A stretch of DNA of 64,000 bases, from assembly GCA_964596525.1 (NCBI GenBank), contig CAZQUL010000001.1, positions 12,830 through 76,829 of the forward strand, written 5' to 3'. Shown here piece by piece: positions 1 to 9,394 of the stretch (position 1 is the first letter of the stretch; every line of letters begins with the position of its first letter). The notes beneath the pieces were generated by a model. It saw only the letters and a list, made by a program, of their open reading frames with translations. It had not been told where the DNA came from and did no database searches. Source of the DNA: an uncultured Gammaproteobacteria bacterium (lineage in GTDB: Bacteria; Patescibacteriota; Patescibacteriia; Magasanikbacterales; GWA2-37-8). The position numbers were made by a program, and so were the translations under genes.

Positions 1-382
1 GGATGTACTCAACGGCAAGGCAGGCCCCCAAGCTATGTCCCGCATACCCAATGATCGGGTAACGAAACTGCTCCCTAAGCCAAGTCTCGGCCCGCTCAAT
101 GTCGGAGAGACGGTCGGAGAACGAAAACTCCGCGTGGTACACCCGATCTTCGAGCAAGAAGCCCAAATCCAAAACTACCGTAGCAAAAGAATGCATGCCC
201 AGAGCTTGGGCTAACGCTCGGTACTTAAGCTCGGCAGACGAGCGATGATAACCCGGAAGCGCGATAACGACTCCCTGCGGATTGGGAATCGTAAACACGC
301 GCAAACCTATCGAACGCGGCCGGCACGGGCCGGCAGGAATCGAAAAATACGTTCCCTCCTCAGACGACGATGCTCTTTGCAC
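1..382 (-). CDS. alpha/beta hydrolase fold protein, 5' end present (GTG start at 382 preceded by GAGGAGG), 3' end runs off left window edge
   Basis: Manual translation of the minus strand gives an open frame to the window edge. It carries a nucleophile elbow GYAGHSLGA. The listed + ORF 245..466 is antisense to it. Confidence 0.5.
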   Translation of the reverse strand, partial: MQRASSSEEGTYFSIPAGPCRPRSIGLRVFTIPNPQGVVIALPGYHRSSAELKYRALAQALGMHSFATVVLDLGFLLEDRVYHAEFSFSDRLSDIERAETWLREQFRYPIIGYAGHSLGACLAVEYI

Positions 383-457
383 GACAGCCTCCTCAAACGA
401 GCTACCTCTTACTTAACGCGTCTTGGAGACTGGTGTCAACAAGCGGACTGTATATGC

Positions 458-874
458 TTAGCCTAGCACTCGTTGATACGCTTGCTGTATTCCTTCGCGC
501 ACATGGCCTGGAGCGATGAAAGTAGGGTCGGTCTGGTAATTATGGCCATACAACTTGTCTTCAAATATCATATCCTGAAAAACGCGATGGTCGGCATACC
601 GCGGAACAAAATGCGCGTGCAGGTGGCGGTTTTCATTGCCCAAAAAACTGTAGTTGAACCAATCGGGTTTGAAAAGTTCGTGTGCAGCGAGACGTAACTC
701 CTTAATGATCGTAAACAATTCAGCTTGCTCTTCGGGCGTAGCATCGGCGAGATCGAGCGCGTCGGTACGCTTGCACCATATTATGCAGCGGCCCAGGTAA
801 CCTTGATTATGATGTACGCTGACGGTCCAGTAAGCGTACTCCTTAACTACATCGCGATAAAAATCGTTGTTCAT
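458..874 (-). CDS. HIT (histidine triad) family nucleotide hydrolase/transferase
   Basis: Histidine triad HLHAHFVPRY near the C-terminus; 138 aa, typical HIT size. Confidence 0.8.
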   Translation of the reverse strand: MNNDFYRDVVKEYAYWTVSVHHNQGYLGRCIIWCKRTDALDLADATPEEQAELFTIIKELRLAAHELFKPDWFNYSFLGNENRHLHAHFVPRYADHRVFQDMIFEDKLYGHNYQTDPTFIAPGHVREGIQQAYQRVLG

Positions 875-937
875 AGTTTTTGGGAATTAAAAAAATAGCC
901 ATCGCTATTTCTATCAGCTTAGACCTTTTGCATTGGC

Positions 938-962
938 GCGCAAGGGTTTGGAGTGGATAAGA
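938..962 (+). repeat. 25-nt direct repeat copy 1 (gcgcaagggtttggagtggataaga), upstream of minus-strand gene 458..874
   Basis: Exact 25/25 match to 2273..2297. Confidence 0.7.
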
Positions 963-995
963 AACAATAAACACCCCAGACTCGAGGCCTGGATA

Positions 996-1364
996 CTACG
1001 GAGCACGTTTGGGTCCGGTGGTGAGATCAAGAAATGGCGGATCGGCTGGATGGACTAAAAGTCCAACATGGCGAAACCAAGCAAGGGCTTCTTCTAAAGA
1101 ACTTACATCTGAATAGAAAGGGACCTGGAGAATGGATCCTGGAACAGTCCCTACACCATCTTCCTCAGGACTCTCGTGATCAATATACAGAATCCCAGCC
1201 TTAACAGAGGACGGTGAAAAACGACCGGCCGCAGACTCTTCGGCAAGGTGGGTAACGCTGCCGTGAAAGAAGCTCGCTTGTTCAGCGTCTTTCCAGCCAT
1301 CAAAAACAAGGCGAGCAACGCGGAACGGATCGGAGGGGTCAATAGGAGGATAAAAAACCGGCAT
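996..1364 (-). CDS. hypothetical protein
   Basis: 122-aa ORF with ordinary amino-acid composition; no recognisable motif. Confidence 0.45.
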   Translation of the reverse strand: MPVFYPPIDPSDPFRVARLVFDGWKDAEQASFFHGSVTHLAEESAAGRFSPSSVKAGILYIDHESPEEDGVGTVPGSILQVPFYSDVSSLEEALAWFRHVGLLVHPADPPFLDLTTGPKRAP

Positions 1365-1428
1365 ACAAAGAAAGATAATTTCATTCTAAATAAAAGCTCC
1401 TTCCGAAGCAAGGAAGGAGCAAAGCCCT

Positions 1429-2178
1429 TTAGGCGAAAACCAGGATGGCGTAACAGGCGGCGGTCAAGACAGTGGCGATAGTTGCGGCAGTAGAAACATC
1501 GATCCGCAACCCCCGTAAAAAATCGACGAGCTCCCGATAGATCTTGTTCTGATCTTCAGGATCGCACGAGCACTTGTTAACGAGGTTACGCACGCTCTCG
1601 TAGAGGCCGATACACAACTGTGTTCCCTGTCTCCAGAAAGCGATGTGCAGATCAAAATACTGGATCTTTTGGTACCTATCGTTGCAACGAAAAGCGTACT
1701 TAAGGGCATTTCGCTTGACGCAGCCCGATACATACCCCCAATCCCAGCCACCGGTGATGACAAAATTGCCACCGTCGTATCGGAGCGCAGACTGACGCTG
1801 AAAGACTACATCAGCCGTCTTTTCTCCTCCCGAAGATTGGTTGGTCATACTCCCGACCAGGACGTAGGTAGCAACGGTTCCAAGCTCAAACCGCACCTCA
1901 AGTCCCGCCGCTTGAGCGGCCTTAATACGCTCAGGCACTTGAGAAAGAAAGACTGCCGTATCGGTATAGATCGTACCATCGGGTAAGGTGGCGGTAAAAC
2001 CACCCTCCGGGGTCGTGTCAGCTTGGATTACATACCAACCAGGGCCTACAACTTCGCCACCACATCCCTTTAAAAGCGTGGCGGCGAAAAGACCTGCCGC
2101 TGTGCCAACGCCTGTCGCCAGAAAAGTTCGACGACTCGACGTGCGCATACCCGACCGACCAACCGACGTTTTATTCAT
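1429..2178 (-). CDS. Tat-signal secreted hypothetical protein with C-terminal hydrophobic anchor
   Basis: N-terminal SRRTFLATGVGTAAGLFA twin-arginine signal. RBS GAGGAGCAGG lies before the ATG. The C-terminus ends in a hydrophobic segment. Confidence 0.6.
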   Translation of the reverse strand: MNKTSVGRSGMRTSSRRTFLATGVGTAAGLFAATLLKGCGGEVVGPGWYVIQADTTPEGGFTATLPDGTIYTDTAVFLSQVPERIKAAQAAGLEVRFELGTVATYVLVGSMTNQSSGGEKTADVVFQRQSALRYDGGNFVITGGWDWGYVSGCVKRNALKYAFRCNDRYQKIQYFDLHIAFWRQGTQLCIGLYESVRNLVNKCSCDPEDQNKIYRELVDFLRGLRIDVSTAATIATVLTAACYAILVFA

Positions 2179-2272
2179 GGCCTGCTCCTCACGTAGTTTC
2201 CTGTAACAAAAAGCGCCTCACCCGAGACGCTTCTGTGCACAGTTGAAACCAATTTAGCAACTAAAAATACGA

Positions 2273-2297
2273 GCGCAAGGGTTTGGAGTGGATAAGA
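2273..2297 (+). repeat. 25-nt direct repeat copy 2, upstream of minus-strand gene 1429..2178
   Basis: Exact match to 938..962. Confidence 0.7.
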
Positions 2298-2367
2298 TTG
2301 AAAGGCTAGAATCAAAAAAAACCTGCCACACGTTTCTAGACGTTAGGCAGGCCGATTCACGGACGAG

Positions 2368-3516
2368 TTACTTAAGAGGCGGAATGACGACGATCCCGTT
2401 CGCACGTAGGGCATTGGGACCGAGAACGACACGGGTCTTGATGGTGAGCTTAGGCGCTGCCGCCTCATAAAGGACGATGGAGGCAGCGAGCGGCTCGCGC
2501 ACCAAAGCGGCCACATACGTATCGATCGCGACGATCTCAGAAGGGCCGGCTTCAAATGTATCGAACGTGGCGGCTTTCGGATCATCGATCACCACGTTCA
2601 TACCGCGCAGATGAAGGGCAGTAATACTCTTTCCATCGCTGTTGGCACTCCAACACGCACCCGTCCAGCACGAGATGGTACGCGGCAGCGCTTCGGGAGA
2701 CGTCATGTCGGTGAGTACGTTACTGCTGAGTGCAAGGTACTGATTGGAGCGCGCCAGCGTGACCACAGCTTGGTCGCTCGTCACGCCGATACCGAACGGC
2801 ATCTTGTACGTACCGGCGGGCAGCGGCATGAGCGTGCTTACGCTCCCGGTTACAACCGCGCCGTTCACGAGGGATACCGATTCAACCGTGCCGCCCATGC
2901 CGATATCATCGCCTTTATTGGTTACGAGGAGGCGCCCGGGCGGGACGTAAGCTACCTGGGCCGGATTGGTTCCCTGCAGCGCAACCGTCCCCTCGGGAAC
3001 GGCTTCGACCATATCGCCGAAGCGTGCATACGACGCCACATGGCTCACGGTAAGAACGTAAAGATGCCGATCATCGGCGGAGAACGTCGCGCTCACCGGC
3101 GTGTCGGCGGTCTTGATGAGGTCGACATAGACGGGCTGGCGCGCACGAGCAAGACTGTAAATACCAACAGCACTGCTCCGAGCGTTTACGACCGCCAAAA
3201 GGCGACGATCGGTCGAGAGCGCCAAACCACCGGCATTCCCGCTCACACCACCCTTAAACGGCGTAGGCGTCTCGGTGATAAACCGCCCCAAGCCATCGTA
3301 GGTAACGAGACGATTGTATTCTACATCGTTCGTCATTGTTACGAGGAGGGGCTGATCCGAAACCGGCAGAACTGGTGACACCGACGGAGGCTGAACCGTC
3401 ACCATTCCGAAATCCGTTCGCTCTGGCGTCAACGCACCAGGCGGGGTATCAGCACACCCCGAGAGTAAAGCGCACGAAAGAAGTGAACACGTAAACAACC
3501 AACGCAATTCCATCAT
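2368..3516 (-). CDS. lipoprotein with YVTN-type beta-propeller repeats
   Basis: Internal start MMELRWLFTCSLLSCALLSGC (lipobox LSGC) with GAGGTG RBS. Repeated beta-strand-rich segments of the lactonase/YVTN-propeller type follow. Confidence 0.6.
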   Translation of the reverse strand: MMELRWLFTCSLLSCALLSGCADTPPGALTPERTDFGMVTVQPPSVSPVLPVSDQPLLVTMTNDVEYNRLVTYDGLGRFITETPTPFKGGVSGNAGGLALSTDRRLLAVVNARSSAVGIYSLARARQPVYVDLIKTADTPVSATFSADDRHLYVLTVSHVASYARFGDMVEAVPEGTVALQGTNPAQVAYVPPGRLLVTNKGDDIGMGGTVESVSLVNGAVVTGSVSTLMPLPAGTYKMPFGIGVTSDQAVVTLARSNQYLALSSNVLTDMTSPEALPRTISCWTGACWSANSDGKSITALHLRGMNVVIDDPKAATFDTFEAGPSEIVAIDTYVAALVREPLAASIVLYEAAAPKLTIKTRVVLGPNALRANGIVVIPPLK

Positions 3517-3681
3517 TACAGCACCTCGCTCATCATACGGGTTGGACGCGTTTTGACCTGAATACATACTGCACAGGCCGCCTGCCATGGAGCAGACCGT
3601 ACGGGAGTGTACGGAACAATCAAAAAAATGTAAAGATGGCTGCCGCCGTTACCATGCGGCCATCACACATTTTGCAAAAAA

Positions 3682-4281
3682 CTACTTTAAGAGACGGCGA
3701 TATCTTTCTTGTTTGGCGGCCAAGTATTTTTGATTCTGATTGTTCGAAGAAATAAGAAGCGGCACTGTTTTCACTATACTAACTCCACTCGCTGTGATAG
3801 CCAGGACTTTCTCGGAATTATTACTTAACAAACAAATCTCACTGATACGCAAATCGTTCAATACCGTCTTAACCATTTCATACGTGCGTTCGTCAGGCTT
3901 GTGGCCGAGCTTGATATTCGCCTCAAACGTGTCCAGACCTTTACGCTGCAGGGCATAGCTCCTTATTTTATCGTAGAGCCCAACTCCCCGCCCTTCTTGG
4001 CGCAGGTAGATAAGCACACCACCCTCATGCGCGATCTGCTTGAGCGAGAGGTGGAGCTGCTCGCCGCAATCGCAGTGACGGCTACCAAACACATCACCCG
4101 TGAGACATTCACTGTGCACACGCGTTAAAACAGGGTGAGATGGGTCAAGACTAGCTGTATAGAGAACCACCGTCTCCTTGCCTTGGCGAGCGCGGTAAAC
4201 GCGAATGGTAAACTCTCCGTAGTTCGTTACCAGAGTAGTTTCGGTGAAACGGGGACGAAAAAGAGCGGAAAGGATTTTCAT
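3682..4281 (-). CDS. ribA: GTP cyclohydrolase II
   Basis: RVHSECLTGDVFGSRHCDCGEQL zinc and GTP-binding motif. Start is placed at the internal Met MKILSALF, because the longer ORF would overlap the adjacent tRNA. Confidence 0.8.
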   Translation of the reverse strand: MKILSALFRPRFTETTLVTNYGEFTIRVYRARQGKETVVLYTASLDPSHPVLTRVHSECLTGDVFGSRHCDCGEQLHLSLKQIAHEGGVLIYLRQEGRGVGLYDKIRSYALQRKGLDTFEANIKLGHKPDERTYEMVKTVLNDLRISEICLLSNNSEKVLAITASGVSIVKTVPLLISSNNQNQKYLAAKQERYRRLLK

Positions 4282-4293
4282 ATAAAATACGTG

Positions 4294-4375
4294 TGCCGAC
4301 GGAGAGACTCGAACTCTCACGCCTTACGGCACCTGCTCCTAAGGCAGGCGTGTATACCAATTTCACCACGTCGGC
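4294..4375 (-). tRNA. tRNA-Leu (anticodon UAG), long variable arm
   Basis: Hand-folded cloverleaf. Acceptor GCCGACG/CGTCGGC, anticodon stem CCTGC/GCAGG with loop CUUAGGA, T-arm GAGAG-TTCGAGT-CTCTC. Confidence 0.8.
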
Positions 4376-4730
4376 AAACTACAATCTTTACGGGTAGATC
4401 ATACGGGAAGCGAATATTTTTTTCAATACCTCGGCGTTTAAAAGTAGAAAACCTCCCAGGTAAGAGGAGGTTGTGTTATGCGGTGGGAGGGAGATGGGAG
4501 AGCTCGGCATTAAGCCGGGCGGCCAGCTCTTCATACTGTTTCATCTAACGGCGGAAGCGGTCAGCTTCATGGTCGTAGTGCGCGGCACGCTTCTGTATTA
4601 ATTCGGCCAGAAGGGGCCCAAAAAACTCATCGACGTTTACTACTTCAGCGACTACGTCTGCAGCGGCGCAGATAACTGCCTTGAACTCCCTCTTGCCGAA
4701 GAGCCAATGCAGCATGGGAAACAGACCCTC

Positions 4731-5435
4731 TTAGCAGAAAAACTTCTCTGCGTAGTAGGTCACCGCCTCCCAGCTCTCGCACGTGATGAGGCGAGGATGA
4801 TTCGGGAGTTCGGTGTCGGTTCCGGTGAGATCCCTTCCAAAGAGGAAGATGTAGCCGGCGTATCCAAGCTTGAGAAGCTCCTGGGGAAGCGAACGGCTGT
4901 TGTCGACGATGGCGAGGAGCGGGCGCTCCCTTTTCATAATCTCCGGCGCCTTCCAGGCACTGCCCGCACTCTTCGCATCGAGCGAGCGCATGGTGAGGCT
5001 CGCCCAGGGAAGTCCGCTCTCAGTGAGTGAGCGCTCGGTGCCCGGGCGGATCGTCTCCGGACGGTCGGTGATGTAGGGCGTCTCAAAGCCGAGCTTGACG
5101 AGCTTTTCTACACCCTCGCGAGCACCGTTGACGAGCGGGATACGCAGCTGCATCTCGTTCGAGGTGGCCATATACTTGACGCGCTCCTTGATGAGTGCGA
5201 ACACCTCCGGCGAAACGTGCGGCTTCCAGTATGCCGCAAGCCGCCCGATGAACTGCCAGGCAATCTCCTCGACGGTCATACCGAACGGGTTTCCAAACTC
5301 CGCGACGAGCTGTTGCGCAAAAAACACGTGCGTGGTGTGGGTCGTATCATCGATATCGATCGCGACCTCATTCACCCCATCACCATCCTGAGCTTCATTC
5401 TGGACACCGGACTCGTGAATACCATTAGTACTCAT
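4731..5435 (-). CDS. HAD-superfamily hydrolase (nucleotidase-like)
   Basis: HAD motif I VAIDIDDTTH (DxDxT). Start is placed at the internal Met MSTNG, preceded by GGAGGTG; the track ORF starts further upstream at TTG. Confidence 0.5.
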   Translation of the reverse strand: MSTNGIHESGVQNEAQDGDGVNEVAIDIDDTTHTTHVFFAQQLVAEFGNPFGMTVEEIAWQFIGRLAAYWKPHVSPEVFALIKERVKYMATSNEMQLRIPLVNGAREGVEKLVKLGFETPYITDRPETIRPGTERSLTESGLPWASLTMRSLDAKSAGSAWKAPEIMKRERPLLAIVDNSRSLPQELLKLGYAGYIFLFGRDLTGTDTELPNHPRLITCESWEAVTYYAEKFFC

Positions 5436-5581
5436 GGCGTTACACCTCCGTTTTTCGGGTTTTAGGGAACAGGCGAGCATACCAGAAGCAGACGATAAGG
5501 TCAACGCAGATTGTTGACAAAAGAAAATTCCATGCTATAGTTGGCCCACTCCAGATACTGGAGAATGCGAAGGAGGTAGTC

Positions 5582-6346
5582 ATGTACCGCTCTCAACATG
5601 GTCGCCCGCTCCCCTATATCGGTATCACCGGCCTTTCGAGCCACACGGAAACCCGCGCCGTACTCGACGGCATCAATACTCCGCCAGGCCGTCTTACCAT
5701 GATTGGCGTTCTCAATAGCCAGAACAAGAACGAGGGCAAACCGCCCAAGTTCCCAGCCCGCTATCCAGAACTCAGCGCGATCAAGGAGATTTTCACGGAT
5801 GATAGCGATGTGCTGAACCTCATCCATTACGCCACAAGGGATCAGGCAACGCTCGCCGAACAGCTCTCCCATCTCATTCGCATTGGCGGTGCCAATCTGC
5901 ACGGGCTCCAGCTCAACATGGCCTGGCCTAAACCCTCGTCGCTCGAGGCAGCCAGCCGCTCTCTGGAGCGGATCGTGCTCCAGATCGGTTATCGAGCCCT
6001 CGAAACGGGCGGGCAACCCGACCAGGTGAGTGCGCGCCTCAAAGAGTACCAGGGTTTTATCACCGACATCTTGTTTGATATGAGCGGGGGCAAAGGCATT
6101 CCGCTCAACCCGTCGCTCGCGCGGCCATACCTCGAGCGCATCAGCGCCGATCATCCCGCACTCGGCATCGGGATCGCTGGCGGGCTTTCCGCCACCACTC
6201 TCCATCTGGCAGAGCCGATCATCAAGGATTTCCAGTTCATCTCGGTCGACATCGAAGGACGGGTACGTGAAGAAGGAACAGACCGCCTCATCATCGAGGA
6301 GGCGCGTAAGTACCGCCAGGGCATGAACGCACTCCTCAACCGCTAA
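5582..6346 (+). CDS. phosphoribosylanthranilate isomerase (TrpF)-like TIM-barrel protein
   Basis: Motifs LQLHG, LFDMSGGKG and GIAGGLSATT resemble the TrpF signatures VQLHG, LDxGGSG and AGGL. The overlapping minus ORF 5501..6358 has junk-like composition. Confidence 0.55.
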   Translation: MYRSQHGRPLPYIGITGLSSHTETRAVLDGINTPPGRLTMIGVLNSQNKNEGKPPKFPARYPELSAIKEIFTDDSDVLNLIHYATRDQATLAEQLSHLIRIGGANLHGLQLNMAWPKPSSLEAASRSLERIVLQIGYRALETGGQPDQVSARLKEYQGFITDILFDMSGGKGIPLNPSLARPYLERISADHPALGIGIAGGLSATTLHLAEPIIKDFQFISVDIEGRVREEGTDRLIIEEARKYRQGMNALLNR

Positions 6347-6452
6347 GCTCTTTTCCACCTCGGCCCTTACGGGCTTTTTTTGATACGTATTTATAAAAAC
6401 CCTTCATACACAAAGCTGAAGGGTTTGACGTGAGGGGTTCGACAGGTCAATA

Positions 6453-6926
6453 CTACTTCTTCTCGCCAGCGAGCTGCTTTTCGATCTCTTCAAGGCGGAG
6501 GGATCGGAATCCCATCATCCAACCTTCGAACGCGCCGGAGAAGACGACCACGAAGGAATTGGGAGGCAAGTGTTTGACCGGTTCGATAAACGCTGCCTGA
6601 TGCCCAGCATGATGTAACTGCTCGACGAGCGTTTGGGCAGTAACGAGCGGGTCAGCAACCGGAACCGTCAGGGCCGTACTCGGAAGGTTCAGCCCGCCGC
6701 TTCGGTCCAATCGGTTAACAACAGTTCCGTCCTCAAAAACGATCTGGTGCGAAGGTCCCGAGGAAAAACGACGGATCTCCTTGAGGCCGGTTGCCACGAG
6801 CGTCTCCGCGATAATACTCTGAACCGAAGCGTCGGGAACACCGAAAACGCGATGGCCGTGAGGGATCGGCATGACAGACTCCTTTTGTGCCAGAGGTTGC
6901 ATCAGCGATTTTTTTGTACCAAACAC
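6453..6926 (-). CDS. hypothetical protein
   Basis: 157-aa ORF; no confident motif assignment. Confidence 0.45.
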   Translation of the reverse strand: MFGTKKSLMQPLAQKESVMPIPHGHRVFGVPDASVQSIIAETLVATGLKEIRRFSSGPSHQIVFEDGTVVNRLDRSGGLNLPSTALTVPVADPLVTAQTLVEQLHHAGHQAAFIEPVKHLPPNSFVVVFSGAFEGWMMGFRSLRLEEIEKQLAGEKK

Positions 6927-7033
6927 CGAGAAGTTCTGTCAAAAATTCTGCATGTCAGCATTTTCCGTAATCTCTTTTACCCTCCCCTAAGACAGTTATC
7001 TGTGTTAGGCTACCCCCATCTTTAACCTTCATT

Positions 7034-9238
7034 ATGCGCACGCCTTGTATAGCCAGCAGTTTCATTCTTACACTTATAGCCGCCATCGGTTTCGCATCTA
7101 GTGCCGAAGCTAAAACGATTCTCACCGATGTACCGCGCGCCAGCTGGGCCCGCTACGGCATCAACCCGTGGAAGCTCGATACGGACAACGACGGCATAAA
7201 AGACAGCGAGGAAATTGCCGCCAAACAGTGCCCGACGAACGCCGACCCCACCTCTCTCACCGACAAAAACTGCAAGCGCGGCACGTTTAACCTCAAAACT
7301 GAGACATACACGGCTCCAGCGGGCGCTAATTTCCTTAAGGCGCGCGAAATTAAAAAATTCCGCTCATGCACGGAACTCACCGCTGCGTTTAAAACCGCAC
7401 AGCTCGAAGGGCAGCGTGATTACTATATGCCAGAAGCGTTCGGCATAAGCCAAACCATCCTTACGTCTGCCGCCCGTGAAGCAGTAAACATTTCCGCTCC
7501 CGCAGCAGCCGGTCTCCCTGCAGCGCCACCGATTTTTTCTACTACCAACATCCAAGTGCAAGGCGTTGACGAAGGCGATATCGTGAAAACCGATGGTAAA
7601 ACCATTTACTACCTCAAAGGGGGCAGCGCCATCTACATTACCTCGGCCGACCCGAATAAAACCGAGCCGCTCGGCGTGATTCCCATCAGCACTATCATGC
7701 AGGCGCAAGAAATGTACCTCGCGGACAACAAACTGGTCGTCGTTGGACGCGCTCATTACGGTTTAGTGCAGAGCGAAACATACACCCTCAAAAACGCTCT
7801 GGGGCTTGTAGCGAGTTCGCCTGTTTTTATGGGGAGCAATCGCACCATCGCCGCTATCTTTGATGTAAGCAATCCAGAACGCACAAGCGTGCCGCGCGTC
7901 GTTGAGATCACGGGTAATCTGCGCACATCACGCCTCACCAACGGGTATTTATATCTGATCCTCAACCAGTCCATTCCCTACTACCTCTCCCCTTCAGCCG
8001 CCACCGACGCATTGCCGCAGATGCGCAACTTCAATAACATCGCTTCCATTACCACGGTTGCAGACAGTCAGTCAGCTCCCGGTTTCAAACCACTCGCTAA
8101 CTGCACGAACGTAGAATATCTCTACCCTAACCGCGGTACCGGCTACGTAGAAATTGTCGCCATTCCGGTAAATGATGCAAAAGCAGCGATCGGCAGCAAG
8201 GTCATCTGGGGCGTCGGTTCAGCCGATGAAATCTATGTTTCGCCAACGAACCTCTACATCGCCTCCCCCAATTATCAGTATCGCTTCTGGCGCGGTACGG
8301 TAGAGAGAAGTGAGCTTTATAAATTCTCGCTCAACAAAAACACCATCAAATTCGTCGCTGCCCAAACCGTACCAGGACATGTGCTCAACCAGTTCTCAAT
8401 GGACGAACAGAGCGGACTTTTACGCCTTGTCACCACTGAACGCGAACGCACGCGCACCGGTGATTTCGTCAATCATCTCTTCGTTTTGAACGATGATTTA
8501 AGCAACCTCGGCAGCGTTGATCGTTTTGCCCCGACGGAGCGCATCTATTCAGCCCGTTTCATGGGTGATCGTGCCTACGTTGTCACGTTCCGCACGGTGG
8601 ATCCCTTCATCGTATTCGACCTTAAAGATCCGCGTTCACCGCAATACATCGGCGAACTCAAGATTCCGGGCTTCTCCACGTACCTACACCCATACGATGC
8701 CACGCACATCATCGGCATTGGCCGCAACACCGGTGCCGATGAAAACGGCACGGTCTGGACCGAAGGCATCAAACTCGGCCTCTTCGACGTGACGAATCCG
8801 AATATTCCGACCCAGATGTTCTCCACCACCATCGGGGACCGCGGCACGGATTCTATCGCGCTCGACGACCACCATGCTTTCCTTTTCTCGCGCGAGAAAA
8901 ACCTCCTCGCTTTCCCGGTGCGCATCCACACGTTCACGGACGAACAAAAAAATTCCACCACTACCCGGCCATGGGAATACGGTTCGCAGACCTTCCAAGG
9001 ACTTCTTGCATACCGACTCGATCTTATGAACGGCTTTAGGGAAATCGGCCGCGTGACGCACCATTCCACGACCACGCCGGATGAAGTCTGCATCTATAGC
9101 GCAGCGCTCTTTGGCTGCGGCAGCGACGAGGTGCGTCGTTCCTTCTACATCAACGATAATCTCTATGTCTTCTCGGATAAGCAGATGACGGTGCATAGCC
9201 TGGGTAATCTGCTCAAACTATCTGAAGTGAAATATTAA
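7034..9238 (+). CDS. secreted beta-propeller domain protein (signal peptide)
   Basis: N-terminal signal peptide ending SSAEA. The VQGVDEGDIVKTDGKTIYYL segment is typical of the secreted Beta_propel domain family. It is followed by a terminator hairpin. Confidence 0.65.
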   Translation: MRTPCIASSFILTLIAAIGFASSAEAKTILTDVPRASWARYGINPWKLDTDNDGIKDSEEIAAKQCPTNADPTSLTDKNCKRGTFNLKTETYTAPAGANFLKAREIKKFRSCTELTAAFKTAQLEGQRDYYMPEAFGISQTILTSAAREAVNISAPAAAGLPAAPPIFSTTNIQVQGVDEGDIVKTDGKTIYYLKGGSAIYITSADPNKTEPLGVIPISTIMQAQEMYLADNKLVVVGRAHYGLVQSETYTLKNALGLVASSPVFMGSNRTIAAIFDVSNPERTSVPRVVEITGNLRTSRLTNGYLYLILNQSIPYYLSPSAATDALPQMRNFNNIASITTVADSQSAPGFKPLANCTNVEYLYPNRGTGYVEIVAIPVNDAKAAIGSKVIWGVGSADEIYVSPTNLYIASPNYQYRFWRGTVERSELYKFSLNKNTIKFVAAQTVPGHVLNQFSMDEQSGLLRLVTTERERTRTGDFVNHLFVLNDDLSNLGSVDRFAPTERIYSARFMGDRAYVVTFRTVDPFIVFDLKDPRSPQYIGELKIPGFSTYLHPYDATHIIGIGRNTGADENGTVWTEGIKLGLFDVTNPNIPTQMFSTTIGDRGTDSIALDDHHAFLFSREKNLLAFPVRIHTFTDEQKNSTTTRPWEYGSQTFQGLLAYRLDLMNGFREIGRVTHHSTTTPDEVCIYSAALFGCGSDEVRRSFYINDNLYVFSDKQMTVHSLGNLLKLSEVKY

Positions 9239-9262
9239 ACCAAGACAGCTAAACATAGACAA

Positions 9263-9292
9263 ATACTCTCCGTAATGGAGAGTATTTAATTT
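9263..9292 (+). terminator. Rho-independent terminator after 7034..9238
   Basis: Stem atactctcc/ggagagtat with a 5-nt loop, then a T-rich tract. Confidence 0.7.
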
Positions 9293-9394
9293 ACCGCAAC
9301 CTTGACAGAAAACAGTAGTTCAGGCATAATAAGCCGTTCCTGCATTGCTCTGTCTGCACCACAAACGCCTTTACTGCGAGATAGGAGAGCGCTC

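Noticed and set aside
245-466. + strand 73-aa ORF
   Set aside because: Antisense to the partial alpha/beta hydrolase reading frame; Arg-rich junk composition.
5501-6358. 285-aa minus-strand ORF
   Set aside because: Fully overlaps the TrpF-like + strand gene, which has recognisable motifs; the minus ORF has no motifs and an odd composition.
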